64,000 bases of DNA from Takakia lepidozioides. Its lineage: Eukaryota > Plantae > Bryophyta. Below, piece after piece: positions 1 through 12,560 of the stretch (position 1 is its first letter; each line of letters starts with the position of its first letter). The notes beneath the pieces are model-generated. The model searched no databases and was not told the origin of the DNA. It saw only the letters and a program-made list of their open reading frames with translations. The DNA lies in contig CM060731.1 of NCBI GenBank assembly GCA_030704615.1, positions 36,332,001 to 36,396,000 on the forward strand. Direction: 5' to 3'. A program made the position numbers and the translations under genes.

Positions 1-162
1 GACCCAACGGAGGTGAGATGGACAGTTCCGCAAGGGGAAGATGGGATTTTCGAAAGCCTGGCCAACGAGCAGTCCGCCGGAGATGAGAGAGGCACTGAGG
101 GGGTGGAGGAGGAGCAGGACAGTCTAGAACAGGATGAGGATTCCGATGATTTTCAAGATTAA
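1..162 (+). CDS. C-terminal acidic tail of a gene entering from outside the window
   Basis: Frame 1 is open from base 1: DPTEVRWTVPQGEDGIFESLANEQSAGDERGTEGVEEEQDSLEQDEDSDDFQD*. It is followed by AT-rich 3'UTR-like sequence. Confidence 0.5.
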   Translation, partial: DPTEVRWTVPQGEDGIFESLANEQSAGDERGTEGVEEEQDSLEQDEDSDDFQD

Positions 163-350
163 TAGAATTTTAATGAAGTCTCTGTAAATGTAAATTCTCT
201 TCCAGAGTATATAAAGAAAATTCTGCCCGACATTCGTGACCCCTCTCCAGTGTGCATTCCAGCCACACAATCGCCCAAACCAGGACGCTCCCAAAATCAG
301 AAATGGGTCAGGGCATTTCCAAAATTTTGGCAACTCTAAGAACCTCTTTT

Positions 351-1400
351 GGAAATGCGGCACCGCATTTCCAAAACAGGGGAGGGACTAATTTTTCCAT
401 TTCAATGTTGGCATAGTAAAAAGTAATCTTAATTGGGAATGCGGTGCCGCATTTCCAAAATTTCCTTTGTCCACACGCCAGTTTTGGCCTCTCCCGCTCA
501 TTGCATGGATGCCACCACGCTTACAGAGGTCGAACAAGGAGGTCGAACAAGGAGGCCGACATGGCGGGATTGGAAATGCGGTGCCGCATTTCCATATTGG
601 GGATGGTGGTTGTTCGAACTGCAGACCCATCAGCAAAAACTGGCACCGCATTCCATTGTAAAAAAAAAGTCGATGACGGACATGGAAATGCGGCGCCGCA
701 TTTCCAGAACGGACATCGCAATTTGTCAATTTGCAGACCCTCTCTCGGAAATGCGGTAACGCATTCCATCGCGCAAGTCGGAAATAGGTGCACTTTTCGA
801 AGTGTTGGACGGAAATGCGGCACCGCATTCCCTTGTCCAAAAAGAAGTTTCCATTGCCAAGCTGGAAATGCGTCGCCACATTTGCCATGCCAACCTCGTT
901 TTCTGATCAATTTATAGACCCGTGTTGGTATTTCGTGTACCTGGACGGAAATGATGCACCGCATTTTCTTGTCCCACATGGAAATGCGGTGCCGAATTTC
1001 GATGTCCGACATGGAAATGCGGTGCCGAATTTCGATGTCCGACATGGAAATGCGGTGCCGCATTTCGATGTCCGACATGGAAATGCTGTGCCGCATTTCG
1101 ATGCGGACATGGAAATGCGGCACCGCATTTCAATGTCCGACATGGCGTTACTCTGGTATATTCTTGACACATGACTCACATACCGGTTACTCTGCTTTAT
1201 TCAACCAGACAGACAAATTGTAGAAATGAGACATCAAATTGTAAACAGTGGGCCAAATCCGAGAGTTATTCAACACAATGAAACACAGTCATACAGAAGT
1301 GAGGTACATTCCAGGGCACAGTCACTGCCAGGTGGGCCGATAGCCACTGGACACGACGAAGTCCATCCCCTCTTCGATGTAAATGCGGCGCCGAATTTCC
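351..1400. repeat. Array of ~16 copies of the 22-bp palindrome GGAAATGCGG-NN-CCGCATTTCC
   Basis: Copies start at 351, 435, 572, ~635 (degenerate), 684, 747, 780 (degenerate), 811, 864, 947, 980, 1013, 1046, 1079, 1111 and 1379. Confidence 0.92.
947..1143. repeat. 33-bp-period tandem array of the palindrome (6 units)
   Basis: Unit CATGGAAATGCGGTGCCG(A/C)ATTTCGATGTCCGA. It produces the spurious 11-aa-repeat ORFs in both strands. Confidence 0.92.
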
Positions 1401-1537
1401 ATCCGGGGGGATGGACTTCGGTGGCAGATCTCAAACTATAACTTGTTGATGAGAAAGATGTATGGGTTCATCCACCGCTGGCGTGATGAACACGTTCCAC
1501 CTCCGTCGGTGGGTACGTGTGACCCAGATGCTCCATT

Positions 1538-2212
1538 TTGGAGGCCGGACTGCTCTTCCGCTTCGTATCTTTTCCAAAATCTAAGGGCTTCGTAGCTGTC
1601 CGCAAGGTCATCGGCATCCAAGTCGTCCTCAGGTCCTCCTTTGCAAGGATGCCGTGCTTCCGGAACCGGGACGACTGCCCCTTTGGAGGCATCGATTATG
1701 CAATGTATTCGGCCACATCGGGAGACATTGTTATCTGGTACACAGATTACACAGAAGATACTGGTTCGATTGTGGAAACATTGGTGGCTTTTGAGTATAT
1801 CGTAGGCCACTACGCCTTCGAGCGGGGTGACGATCTTGGTTTGAGGAGTCCGTGGCTCCTGCGCATCCTCGATTCCGATTTTCCCAGCTACGACGGTCAC
1901 CCATGCAGAAGAAGGCGCACTGCTATGCTGTTGCGGTGGAACTGCTGCCACTGGACGTGGGTGGACTCCATCGGAGAGACCTATTCTCCTCGAGGAGTGC
2001 GCTCCTCTTCTCCATTGTATGGGGACATTCGCATTGGTGTGGACGACGAAAACGTGAAGATTTCCATATTCGATGGTGGTATGATTGAAGGGCAGGACAT
2101 TGTGGTGAACATCACTAGGGGCGGTACAACGGCTGCAATCGACTTTACATGGAGGAGCCCCAGGACTCATGAGCTAGTTCTGAGAGCAGTCGAAGTCCCA
2201 TTGACAACGTGA
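1538..2212 (+). CDS. Hypothetical protein inside the left element (no recognisable domain)
   Basis: 224-codon ORF with protein-like composition in its C-terminal two-thirds. It overlaps an antisense 244-codon ORF, so the coding strand is uncertain. Confidence 0.3.
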   Translation: MEAGLLFRFVSFPKSKGFVAVRKVIGIQVVLRSSFARMPCFRNRDDCPFGGIDYAMYSATSGDIVIWYTDYTEDTGSIVETLVAFEYIVGHYAFERGDDLGLRSPWLLRILDSDFPSYDGHPCRRRRTAMLLRWNCCHWTWVDSIGETYSPRGVRSSSPLYGDIRIGVDDENVKISIFDGGMIEGQDIVVNITRGGTTAAIDFTWRSPRTHELVLRAVEVPLTT

Positions 2213-2767
2213 CTTGTATTCAGTAGGCACAGGGCTCAAGATTTGAGGGCACAATCAGCACAGTAGACGTGCTTCAAATGCAATTCATGTGGATCAATAA
2301 AAACCTCATTGTGCCCTCTTTTTATTCTATTCTGTGTCCATTGTTCCGAGAATGCGTCATTGCTCATTTCGTTTGGGATTGGGAGTGTGGGTGAATTTTG
2401 CAAATGGCTGGTAGGCTGAAACGGGCCCCCATTGTACAGAGCAGTACCACCCTACCATTCGCGAAACATTGCCTTTCAATATATAATTCTAAATAACATT
2501 GCCGAACCTCCTTCATCGGGAGGTCCTTCTCCCCCTATGACCGTGGCACCCTAAACCCTATTCCCGCGGACACTCATTTCCGGAAAATAGTGCTGCTCAT
2601 GTTTTTTTCCACACTTACGACTCTGCTCATGGCTCATGCCGCTCATGGCTCATGGCTCATGAAATAGCAGCCCCCGGCCCAATGGTTATGCACTCTTTTA
2701 TTGTCCAAACCTAGAAAACCCATCAAAAGAACCCATTGCTGTATTCATTTCATTAAGGAGCACTTGC

Positions 2768-2912
2768 CTTCACAGTATCAAGAGGATGCAAGAGGCAAGT
2801 AGAAAGAGCACTAGCCATGCCCCCAGCCAGAGCTGACTTAAACACAGAGCCAGTAGCAATATCAACCGGGGCAGCCATTGGAACCACTGTTGCAGCTTCA
2901 AACCAAACCATC
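2768..2912 (-). pseudogene. Exon of a mitochondrial substrate carrier gene (plant EF-hand/SAM-carrier-like type); flanking exons degraded or outside the window
   Basis: MVWFEAATVVPMAAPVDIATGSVFKSALAGGMASALSTCLLHPLDTVK contains the carrier signature Px(D/E)xxK. CAG acceptor at 2915-2913; AAG|GCAAGT GC-type donor at 2767. Confidence 0.7.
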
Positions 2913-5900
2913 CTGCAGGCAACACGATTACGAATCAGCACAGCATCTGCAACTTTATGGTCAATTTGTGCAAGTTGAAGAGCTCGCCTGAAGGTACAGA
3001 GACTCCCAAGAGAAGTTGTAGGGCTCCCAATCTGCAACATGAGAAAGACCACTAAGGTCCTAGACTCAAATGACTTGAAATTCAGGAAACAAATAGTGAG
3101 AACTAGACTTTGCAGCTGGTCACCAGACACATTCACCATTAATCGTCAGAGAACAGTGTGGTAACAAAAGAGCACATTAGTGCCACAAGCTATCACCCTA
3201 AATTGAAATGGTAGCTTCCGAACAATGATGAATCATCACCTCTAACACTGCTGCTTCTTTCTGAAAGTCAAACAACACAGATCTTCCCGCCCGCTGCTAC
3301 AGGGACTTCATCAGCCACTTGCACTGCAGCCAAGGCACTTTGACCATTCCTTCCTCTAAAGACTTGATAGCCCTCAAGTAGAACTTGCTAAGCCAATGGC
3401 ATGATGATTCCCTGCACCTATGCTCACCTAGCCAAGCATTGGCAAGTCTGGAAGGAGATGAATTCACTAGAAGATGCTTTACATACCGTGGGATGCCCCT
3501 ACAGCCCGCATGATACTCTCAGCCTGCTGCTAGCAGTGCTTGTGCCCCACCGGGTCCCATCTTCACCCATGATGCCTGAATACAGCACAGAAGTACGATA
3601 GTCAACCAGTAAACAATATGGGAGAGCTCTGACCATTGAGAAGGTGAACTGGTTTTCAGAGTCTCTGCCTTATTCAGAGAGATGCCTTTCCCTACTAGAA
3701 AGATTTACCACCGTAGTGCTACAGTTGATACAAGGGAGAAAAGAACAGTTTTATTGCATCCACAAGGGGGCCGGCTGCCAGAGGGCTAAGGCACAGTAAA
3801 ACTGCAAGACATTACCAAAGCACCTATCTATGAACCCGAACTTTGAGACTACATGCAGGTTAGCTGCAAAAGCACTTCGGATCCTCAAGGCCTCTGGTAG
3901 CCCTGCAAAATCTCTGAGAAGAGACTGGGGGATTAGGAAAGAGAAGAATGAACGAATTCACTGTCTCCACTTCTTGGGCAGATCCTACCTTCACAAGGGG
4001 TGTTTATGTCGCAAAAGAATTGGAAGAAAACGGGACGAGAGAAGGAAAAAAGAGCGAGAGGTGTTTGTTGTGACCCCACAAGTTGTCTATGGATGAAGGA
4101 TAGGTCCCAGTTGACCTGGATGGGGTATTGAGAAAACCTGAATATTGGTGATGAAAGGATGAAGTACAAGACGAGCCACAGAGTGCATAAGCACAGACTC
4201 TCTCCTGGTTGGTCCACGGCGTGCTCTCCCTTTCAGATAGAGAGGGGCCTGAAATACTCTTCTCAAGAAGTTAGTGATTACACAAACATGTTACAAGACG
4301 TGTTGCAAAAAATTCAGAACCCAAAAGAAAAACCCAAGGACGATACATTCTCCCCGTTCACATGAACCGCTTGATCAAGCTCTTTGCTGCTTTTACTACA
4401 CATCACACTGTCAACCACCTGTGTAAAGCACTTTCCCTCCTGTAAAGAAAACGACGTTCATGAGCAGAGGGTCAGGGAATTTCAACAAGATGTAGTTGGC
4501 TACCAAGGTAGTACTGAAAAGTGTGGCTGTCCGTTGCACATCCATGAGCAGTAACATTGGAAGGGATCATCACCTCCATATGAACAAATGGCAGTGGCAC
4601 AAATTCTGTGAATCCTCCAGATCGTCTTGCCAAATTCCTCAAGGAGAGCAGATGTCGCGCCCTAGAATTTCAAGGGTTGGTAGCCCATTCCAATCTTGAG
4701 GTTAAATAACTTCCAAAAAATATCAATGTCTGAAAGATACTTGTCTTGTCTCTTGGGGACATACCTTTTTAAAATTCTTACAGGACCTTCCAAGGAATGC
4801 ATCAAGATAAAGACATGACACGTCTCGAACTTGACAACAATGCCACAATGTGAAACACTGTATATCAATGGTGAGGGCGATCCAGGTGACCAAACATAAT
4901 GGTGGACGTGGTTTGTAGTCCTATGTGCTGTCTCCATAATCTGCCCCAAGAAACACCAATTGTCAACATTTGGTTCAAGAGAGAATGTTGGGTTAAATCC
5001 TGGCACATAAACTCCATAGAGTGCAAGTTAGACAAACAGAGCCGGACAGGATAAACAGAGATGGAGCAGCATCATACTTCAGCTGCTGTGCCAGGCAATG
5101 AATCAAGGCCTGTGCTCTTCAACTCCACCAGAAACTCCTTCACACTGCCATCAGGTTTGTATCAACAGACCATAATTTCGAGAAGAATGTATATACATGC
5201 ACTTGACTGCTTGCTATGGAAGTTTAGGGTTGAGTACCCTCTTGTCTCAAAGCTAGCATCTAAATGTCTTTTCCAGAGAGGCATATTCTGAAATCCAGCA
5301 CTTCCTACTGCTCCCATCAATCCACACAATGCATCCTTCTAGTTTGGCTTTCACAGAACGATCTATTGATATACTCACTGGATTGTGCGAGCTGTGATAG
5401 ACCTGTGGCCCAAAATTCCATGCCCAAGTGAGATTTAGCATAAACGTGGGGGATATTTTGAGGAAGAGGAGAATTGCACCCTCTATCACTAGGGAGGCCT
5501 CAGTTGTGTTGTGGAACTTACCTTTAAAATGAAAGTTACTTAGGAAAGTTCTTACAAGACCATCAGTTTACTTGTTTGTCAAAATGACGAAGCTTACATT
5601 TGTGCTGTGCTTCAGCTAGTTCATTTTAAAGCAACATCCCTCTGTGGCCTTATTCATCATGGTCTAAATCCATCACCCTCTGTAGGAGGGCTTCCCTTGA
5701 GGATCTGTAATGGAGATCTGAAAGGACTTCAAAATTTCGTCAGCTACAACTTCCACCTATTTGGCAAGGTTGGTCCAGCTTCAAGGGAAAGAATAGAGGG
5801 TACATTGTCTCATCCATTTGAGGCTCTTCAAGATCCTCTTCAAGCCTAATCCATGTTTGATCCTTCGACCAAAGGGTTTCTTACTCTTCCCATCGGTGAC

Positions 5901-5928
5901 CATTTTCAGTGGCTTTCAGGGACCTGTT

Positions 5929-8900
5929 TCAAGCGCTCAACAAGTGCTCAGCAACCTTCACGACTTTCTCGCGAGTGCTCAACGCCTTGATGCCCTTGAA
6001 AACCTCTCTATCGTGTTTCTTATTCTCACCCCGCATGAAATTTGTCAACTTCCCATACATCGTGTCGATGTCATGGGTTCCGAATGCTTGCATTACTACA
6101 CGCTCCATGTCTTTAAAAGGCATCACATTCTCTTTATTCTCACTGCCAGGGAACACATAAATGAATTAGCTGTGATCACAGGTAATAAAAAATTCCAAAC
6201 AATAGAAAAGCAAGAGGGTGCTTTAGTACCTTTGATGTTTGAGAAGGCTCTCCAACATCGCCACTTTCTTGAGCAGCTCAGTATCTGTAGAAGATCTCAT
6301 TGGCGGAGGCGCCGAACTGGCAGGTCCAGCTCCTTCTCCGTCATTGATCGTACCCTATTCCAGACAAGATCACAAGATCATCCTCAGCTGAAGTCCACTC
6401 TGGCTTTCTACATTTTCTCGGGAAAACGCTTAACCACATCGCTGCATATTCACCTCACTATTCAGATCCAAGGAAGACTGCATTTGATAATAGTTTCGAG
6501 AGTAGGCCAGCACCCGATGGCCTTGCTGGACGATTCGGATAGAGAAACCTATTGGATATTGAGAATTTTACCTTCTTTTGTTTCTTCTTTGCAGCTGCCA
6601 CCTTTTTCTTGATCTCAGCGGATGCTTCAGGAAGGCTGAGGACAGCTCCCTCACCTACATCATCCAATGCCATCGTCCTCTTCTTCTTCTTCTTCAGCAC
6701 AGCTGGCAACTTTTTCTCGAGCTCAGCAGATGCTTCAGGAAGGCTGAGGGCAGCTCCATCCACTACGTCATCCAATGCCATCTCAACCTGCAATTCCAGC
6801 CACGGTTCTGTTGAGTTTACATTCTCAATTTACAATTTGACCAATTCAGATGCAGTGGCCAAAGACGATTTCTAAAGACAAATGAAACGAACGAACGAAC
6901 TCTCTAAGCATGCATAATTTGACAAACGTACTAATGGTAGTAGACATACATATTGCTTCAATTCAATGTTCAGATTAAAACCTGAAAATCAGTGTGAGAA
7001 ACAGGATCCAACCGGGGAGGACATGGGCTGCAAGGAGCAATCGAGCTTGCAGACTGTACTGTGTTTTTCTTCTTCCAGTAATGTAAGATTTCTTTGGTGG
7101 CCTCGTAGATATCACTGGGTTGCCATCTATATGTTATAGATACAAAATTGAGAGCTGCCATGTTTGAGCACTTCTACTCAATCAACTTCTTGACCTCGAT
7201 GCGTGCTTCAACATCCTCCCGAAGGTTAGGAGGATGAGTCAGAAACCCAGCCTCAACCAACCATGCTTTCAGAATCTTTCTATTATGCATGAAAGAGAGA
7301 TATTGTGTGTGCCAGGTCCTACGCAAGCACTCCTTACCATACTTTTTTCCTGTCACCCGAAATCTGCTAGCAGGGGGGTTGAAGATATCATTGTATGTGG
7401 GCACCTCTAGCAAACGTCCTTTTGATTGTGGCATAGTACTCATAATGCTTCCTTCAGATGCCTCACATGATGATCTGCTCTTCTGGTCACAATTCCAAGC
7501 TTTTAGCCCAGTGGCATCTAAGATTTGAGCAGCACTTGCATCACCTTCCTGAGCTAAGGCTTGCAGCTGCTGGAGGATCTGCAACCGCTGCAGTTCAACC
7601 CTTTTATGTGGCTGTTCTGTGTTGGTAATAACCACAGGCTGCACGATAGATAAATTCAGAAGAGTTAATACTATGTTTAGTTCAGCCTATGTCTCTAGGT
7701 TTTTGAGCTGTCACGACTACTGCGCCATGCAGTCTGATGCTCGTGAAGAGAAAGGATGACACTGTCTATTTCCGCATTTTCTAAGTATTTGAGGTGCCAA
7801 ATACTTCCAATATTTTAGGGTTGATTGCGATTCAAAAAGAACATAATTAGAAACTGGAAGCAAGCATTGCCGGCTATTTGTAGACATCTTTGAAAACTGT
7901 CTAAAGTGAAGTCAAATGAGTACGCAGTTGTCTTTTATCAACATTGCACACATTCAAGCTGAAGGCATCAGCACTATAGGACTGCAACCACATCAAATTT
8001 TCCCAGTTCACTGAGAAGTTCAGTTTGGTAGGACAGATTAACTAGTCGGCACAGTGTTATTGTTTGTGTTAGATGGGCCAATGCTTGAAATCTGTTTGTG
8101 GTGTCTGGTGCAGGAGATGTGGCTTTCTGAAGGTTGAGTCTGCTGAGAGTCTGTGATTCCAGATCTTTCTAGAGTACTTGGGTGCAATGAGTCTGTCTAT
8201 GGAGAAACAGATTCCTCGCCAACCCTTTTCTAGCAATTTACACAGGCACACATCCCCAGGTGGACCTAAGGCTATCTTGTCCCAGGCTTCCGCCCAGCCC
8301 TGTGCAGTTCCCTCTAGCAGTAATGTTGCATATTCCAAAGGTGAAGAATCAGCAGTTACTGAAGGCTCTCCCCTCCAAACATTACAGTGGCCTACGAAGT
8401 CGTCCGCTCAACTATCTGGCAAGTTTGAGGAGCTGCTGGCACCCAGTTCGGGGTGCCCTGCAGGGTCGGTGCCAGGGCCGACACCAATTCCTTCCCTACA
8501 ACAATGCAGTGAATACAAAGAGGCTATTATATTGGGTAACCCATTGTCGGGCAAATGCGGGTCAAAGCATGACATGTCACAAGGTCCAATTGCTCGATAT
8601 ATGCCGCAAGGAAAGCCTGAAGCTTGCGCACAGCTTCCTAGAAAAGTGGATGGGATGCTAGGAATTGACCCTCATGGTAAATCAGCTAAGCTGGCAGATG
8701 CCCTTGAAGTGCATTGTTCTCAAGCATGTCAGAAGCGGTTAATCAAGTAGGGGGAGGGGGAGGAAATGTGCTCTCCATCACAAGCGGCTTCGACCATTGG
8801 TGATGACGGACGGCCTACTGAGATAATACCTTAATATCTTTCAAAAATGCTGCACAAGGATTGAAAGCAAGCATTCCTAAAAAAACACACATGACATGGA

Positions 8901-9549
8901 CAGTGCAGTAGTTGAGAGAGAGAATGAAGAAAAGTAGCAACAGCTAGGTCAAAACGAGTTTGAGGCAATTAAACCCATTCACCGAGTTGGAATGGTAAAA
9001 AGACAACCTTGACATGTATGCCATGATGCCAAAAGCTGCCCATCTTCCTGCTCAGCCACTTCTTGAACTTGAAGAAGAAGATGGCTACGAGTCAAGACAA
9101 CTACTCATAACCCCTCGAAATGCAAACTGTTTGGCATTCCTGCATAGTACGTACCTTACCTCTGGCAGCTTGTTTGGTTAAAAGATGATCTCTTCAGGTG
9201 TCACTAGAATCGTTTTCCAAAAGCAGCAGAGGAAAATGTGACTCTTGAAGATACTTAGTGTTCTCACTAGTGCTCAAAACAGACACTAAACGGGATCATT
9301 TACCCTATTTATTTGAGAACCTGAATGAGCAGGGAATAGGTCCAATTAAGGCACCTTGTTTGAAGTCTTTGCAGGTTTCTTCAAGGCTTGTTGCAAGGGC
9401 GGTAGATTCAGTTCGCGCAACTTCGCATTGTTTCTCTTGATGTTCTCCATGCGTAGCTTTTCGTAATTGGTAAGCACTTCAACATCCTCTTCATTGGATA
9501 GAAGAGATGTTGGTACAAGGGGTTGCTTCATCTGCAAACAAAATTCCAT
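5929..9549 (-). pseudogene. Degenerate multi-exon accessory gene(s) of a DNA transposon
   Basis: Minus-strand coding-like blocks at 9346-9549 (YEKLRMENIKRNNAKLRELNL), 7174-7644 continuing past a stop into 6970-7161, 6458-6793 and 5929-6156. The 7174-7644 block resembles 31935-32567. Confidence 0.45.
6614..6782. repeat. In-frame direct duplication, 108-bp period
   Basis: CTCAGC(G/A)GATGCTTCAGGAAGGCTGAGG...CATCCAATGCCATC occurs twice. It encodes MALDDV..GA.LSLPEASAE.KKK twice on the minus strand. Confidence 0.85.
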
Positions 9550-10721
9550 TAGTCTTGGCTAAAAGAGGTGTCTCCCACATTTCAGGGCTTGAAATGTGAA
9601 GCAGGAATCAGGAAGACTGAGAGTCTTCGTTTTCAAACTTGGGGGGGATTTGACCATGCATTGCCAGGCAGTTGTTATAATTCCCTTGTTATTCATGAGC
9701 ATATATCCATTTAGTCAGACCATGAGCCTGTTAAAACACACAATGATGTCAAACATCATCACTATGTAAGTACTAGCGAAGAGAGCGGGTAGAGAGAGGA
9801 GTCAACTGTAAGATATATTACAGGCTGATTACATGCCGATCACGAATTGGCATAATATCAAGGCAATCGCCCCTACACTTTTTCCATGCATTTCCTTTCA
9901 TTCACAATATGGCTGGGATTATCTTTGCATTCTTACATAATTGCCAGTTTAATGTTCCAGGAAGGCGATTTAAGAGCATATTCCCTGGCAACGGAGAGCG
10001 GGAGATGTAGCTCACAGGAGAAGATTTGCTACTCTAGGGGGATTTAAGTAACCACACAGGGAATTGACTTGAGTTGTAAACCTTGTAAGCTGCTCATCAT
10101 TGTTCACCTTAGCCACGTTAGGTTAGATAGAGGGATACATCAGCAGGATCAGGATGATGCTATTTTGGATGTCGTCGGTGCCAGCCTTTGAATCAGCAGG
10201 CAATTTCAGTTGAGTTTCACACCAGTGGATCTTTTAGGCTCATTTCACTAACGTATCACAATTATACCTTTTAAACCAACATGGACAGTGCTAAATTCCA
10301 GGGTTTCAAGATTCATCACAATACAGATTCATCATTCTCATTCCTTGCCCTGGTAACGCTTACAATGGACACATGATCTCAAACTCCAATCCTAAATGAG
10401 CTAGAGGAGATAAAATACCTCCAGAGGGTTATTAGAACTTGGTTTGCAGTGCGGAACCTTGAATCTCATTGGAGTCCTCCAAGCACCTCCAACAACTCAT
10501 CCTCTAGCATCCGATAAGTCAAAAACAAAAGCTCATGTAATCCAGCTCGTACTCCATCTTTCACGACACGATAAGTAAAAAACAAAAGCTCCTGTAATCC
10601 AGCTCCTGAACACAACCGAAATCCCATAGCGCTGGTCATCATGCTCTTCTTCTTCCTGTCCGCCATTGTTCCTGGTGCGACTACCTCCCGCCATCTCTAT
10701 CCATTTTTTTAACATCATCCA

Positions 10722-12560
10722 TTACAAAGTTTTTAGTTCATCCATTCTCAAGGGGTTGGGTACTTCATCCATTTTGGAAGGATCCCACCTGGCTCCCGTG
10801 CAGGTGTCCACCGGTCGGCTCCCATACATGGGTGGGGGGGTCACTCTGCTGCGATGGCTGACCGGAAGGCACGGGCATGGAAGTCCTGGATTAGGATAGG
10901 AAACCAACTTCGTACAGCTTTTTGAAACATTGTGACCCCGAAAAGAAGGTACGATGTGGGGTAAAAGGGGCATACCATAGATATCAGCATCCTGCCAATT
11001 CAGCCCGCGCTCCTGGCAGTGGGTCAGCATAACCCCTACAGATGCTGAGTGACCCCTTAGAGCCGCATGTAGAGTGGAGTCTCTCAGTGTTGGAAAGCTG
11101 TCAGACCACAATCAATGAAGCCGGGGAGGAAGGCGGGAGCTCCCAGTGGCTAGAAGTCCTGGATCGTCATCTACCCCCTGTGTTAGTACATTCGGCACCC
11201 ATGGTGAGTCCTCTCATTATAAGCTGTGGCCAGAGCTATGGGGTATGGAATTTATGTGCCCATGCCAGTTTACCCCCATGTCTGAAGTATTTCTATACTT
11301 AGTGCAGCTTTAAGGATTGTTTCAGTGGGAAGTCTGGCGATGTGCCCTCCACACAGTGGAACATGTATTTTTTAATTAACCAGCCAAGGGTTCAGCTACC
11401 ATGAAGAGGCAGACTTCCTGTTCTTCCTTTCATCACCTGTGTCACACTCATGCTACTCTCCTTGGACTAGCCTACCATTGCAACTGTCATCAAGAGGGAA
11501 GGACAAAGCCAAGATGAATGCACTCTTCAGGTGGATGCATCTTCTACCTGATTCTGCTCTCAGCAGCCAAAAGACATAGCAACAACTCTAGTGTCCCATT
11601 CAAATGAAGGCCACCACCTTCATACCTGACATACTAGCATGGCTATGCCCCTCCAAACATTGTATATTTACACTGCCGAAGTGCCATAAGTTATGTGTAG
11701 TTTTTGCATACTTCGTATCATCTACACTGATATGTGTACAGATAATGTTTTTCTGCCGCCTGTCTATTGTCCAATGGGGAATGCTTGCTGACATTGTCAG
11801 AGTCCATGGCATGCTTGCACTTGTCCACAGAGTTATGCTTCCCAAGGTCATGTAGCTGTGGCTATAGACTCCCGTTATCATGGAGACCGCGGGCACACCC
11901 CACATGCCTATGCTGATGTATGTGACATTTGTTTCGCCAATGTGCCTCAATGTCTTTTACTACCATGGTACATTGCTAGTCAGCCTTCTCCTTTGCTATC
12001 CATGCCTGATGAGTAGAAGCCAAGAATTGGCTTTTACAGATTCCAGAGGGAACCAGGTCAATTTCCTGACAATAGCAAACTGTTTTGGCACAGGCACTGA
12101 TTGCTGCATGGAAGACTGGTTAGGAGATGCCATTTATTTTTGACACGGTATTATCACTATCATTCTATCTTCAGACTGTGAAATTCAGTTGCTTTGCTTG
12201 CTAAGATGGCAGAGACTACTCATTGCTTTGGATGAGCATTGCTTTGACAATGCGGATTGTGCATACCAGTCATTGGCACGGTGGATCCCATTGATCACAC
12301 CTCAGGTTGAATGAATACCATGTGGCTTAACCTTTCGGAAGTCATACTCCAAACAAAGAGTTGTAGATGTTGTGATCTGTATTTAAATGAGGTTGTTGTG
12401 AGCATCTATCAAGCCCAGCTTTCTGGAGCTACGTTTTAGAAGGACAATATTGTCAATTTCACAAATTAGCTGAGCCACATCAAGTGGCAGGATGGTGCCT
12501 ATCTCCTGTCTAGGAAGGGGTTTGAAGTTAGGGGGGTTGAACATGGACGTTTGCTTGGCA
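10722..12560 (-). mobile_element. Possible highly degraded non-LTR retrotransposon RT remnant
   Basis: Scattered coding-like blocks including ICTHISVDDT, which could be a YxDD relic. No intact motifs. Confidence 0.2.

Larger units (their letters stand above)
1..2675. mobile_element. Right-hand part of a Mutator-like element related to the 37392-48429 element; the left part lies outside the window
   Basis: Ends in GCTCATGGCTCATG...GAAATAGCAGCCCCC. The reverse complement (GGGGGCTGCTATTTCATGAGCCATGAGCC...) resembles the GGGGAATGCTTGCGCATGAGCCTGG... terminus at 37392. It also carries an analogous 22-bp palindrome array. The TSD cannot be checked because the other end is absent. Confidence 0.6.

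Noticed and set aside
388-1223. Many overlapping ORFs with MEMRCRIS/GNAVPHF repeats
   Set aside because: They are by-products of the palindromic DNA repeat and are open in several frames on both strands.
351-1400. CRISPR array (palindromic repeats with intervening sequence)
   Set aside because: Spacing is irregular, the tandem part has near-identical spacers, repeats occur in both orientations, there are no cas genes, and the context is eukaryotic.
5818-6612. 264-aa plus-strand ORF
   Set aside because: Antisense shadow of minus-strand coding remnants; no motifs.
8178-8750. 190-aa plus-strand ORF
   Set aside because: Low-complexity S/P-rich sequence with no recognisable domain; I cannot support a call.
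10510-10610. ~54-bp direct duplication
   Set aside because: Ordinary local slippage duplication with no further structure.
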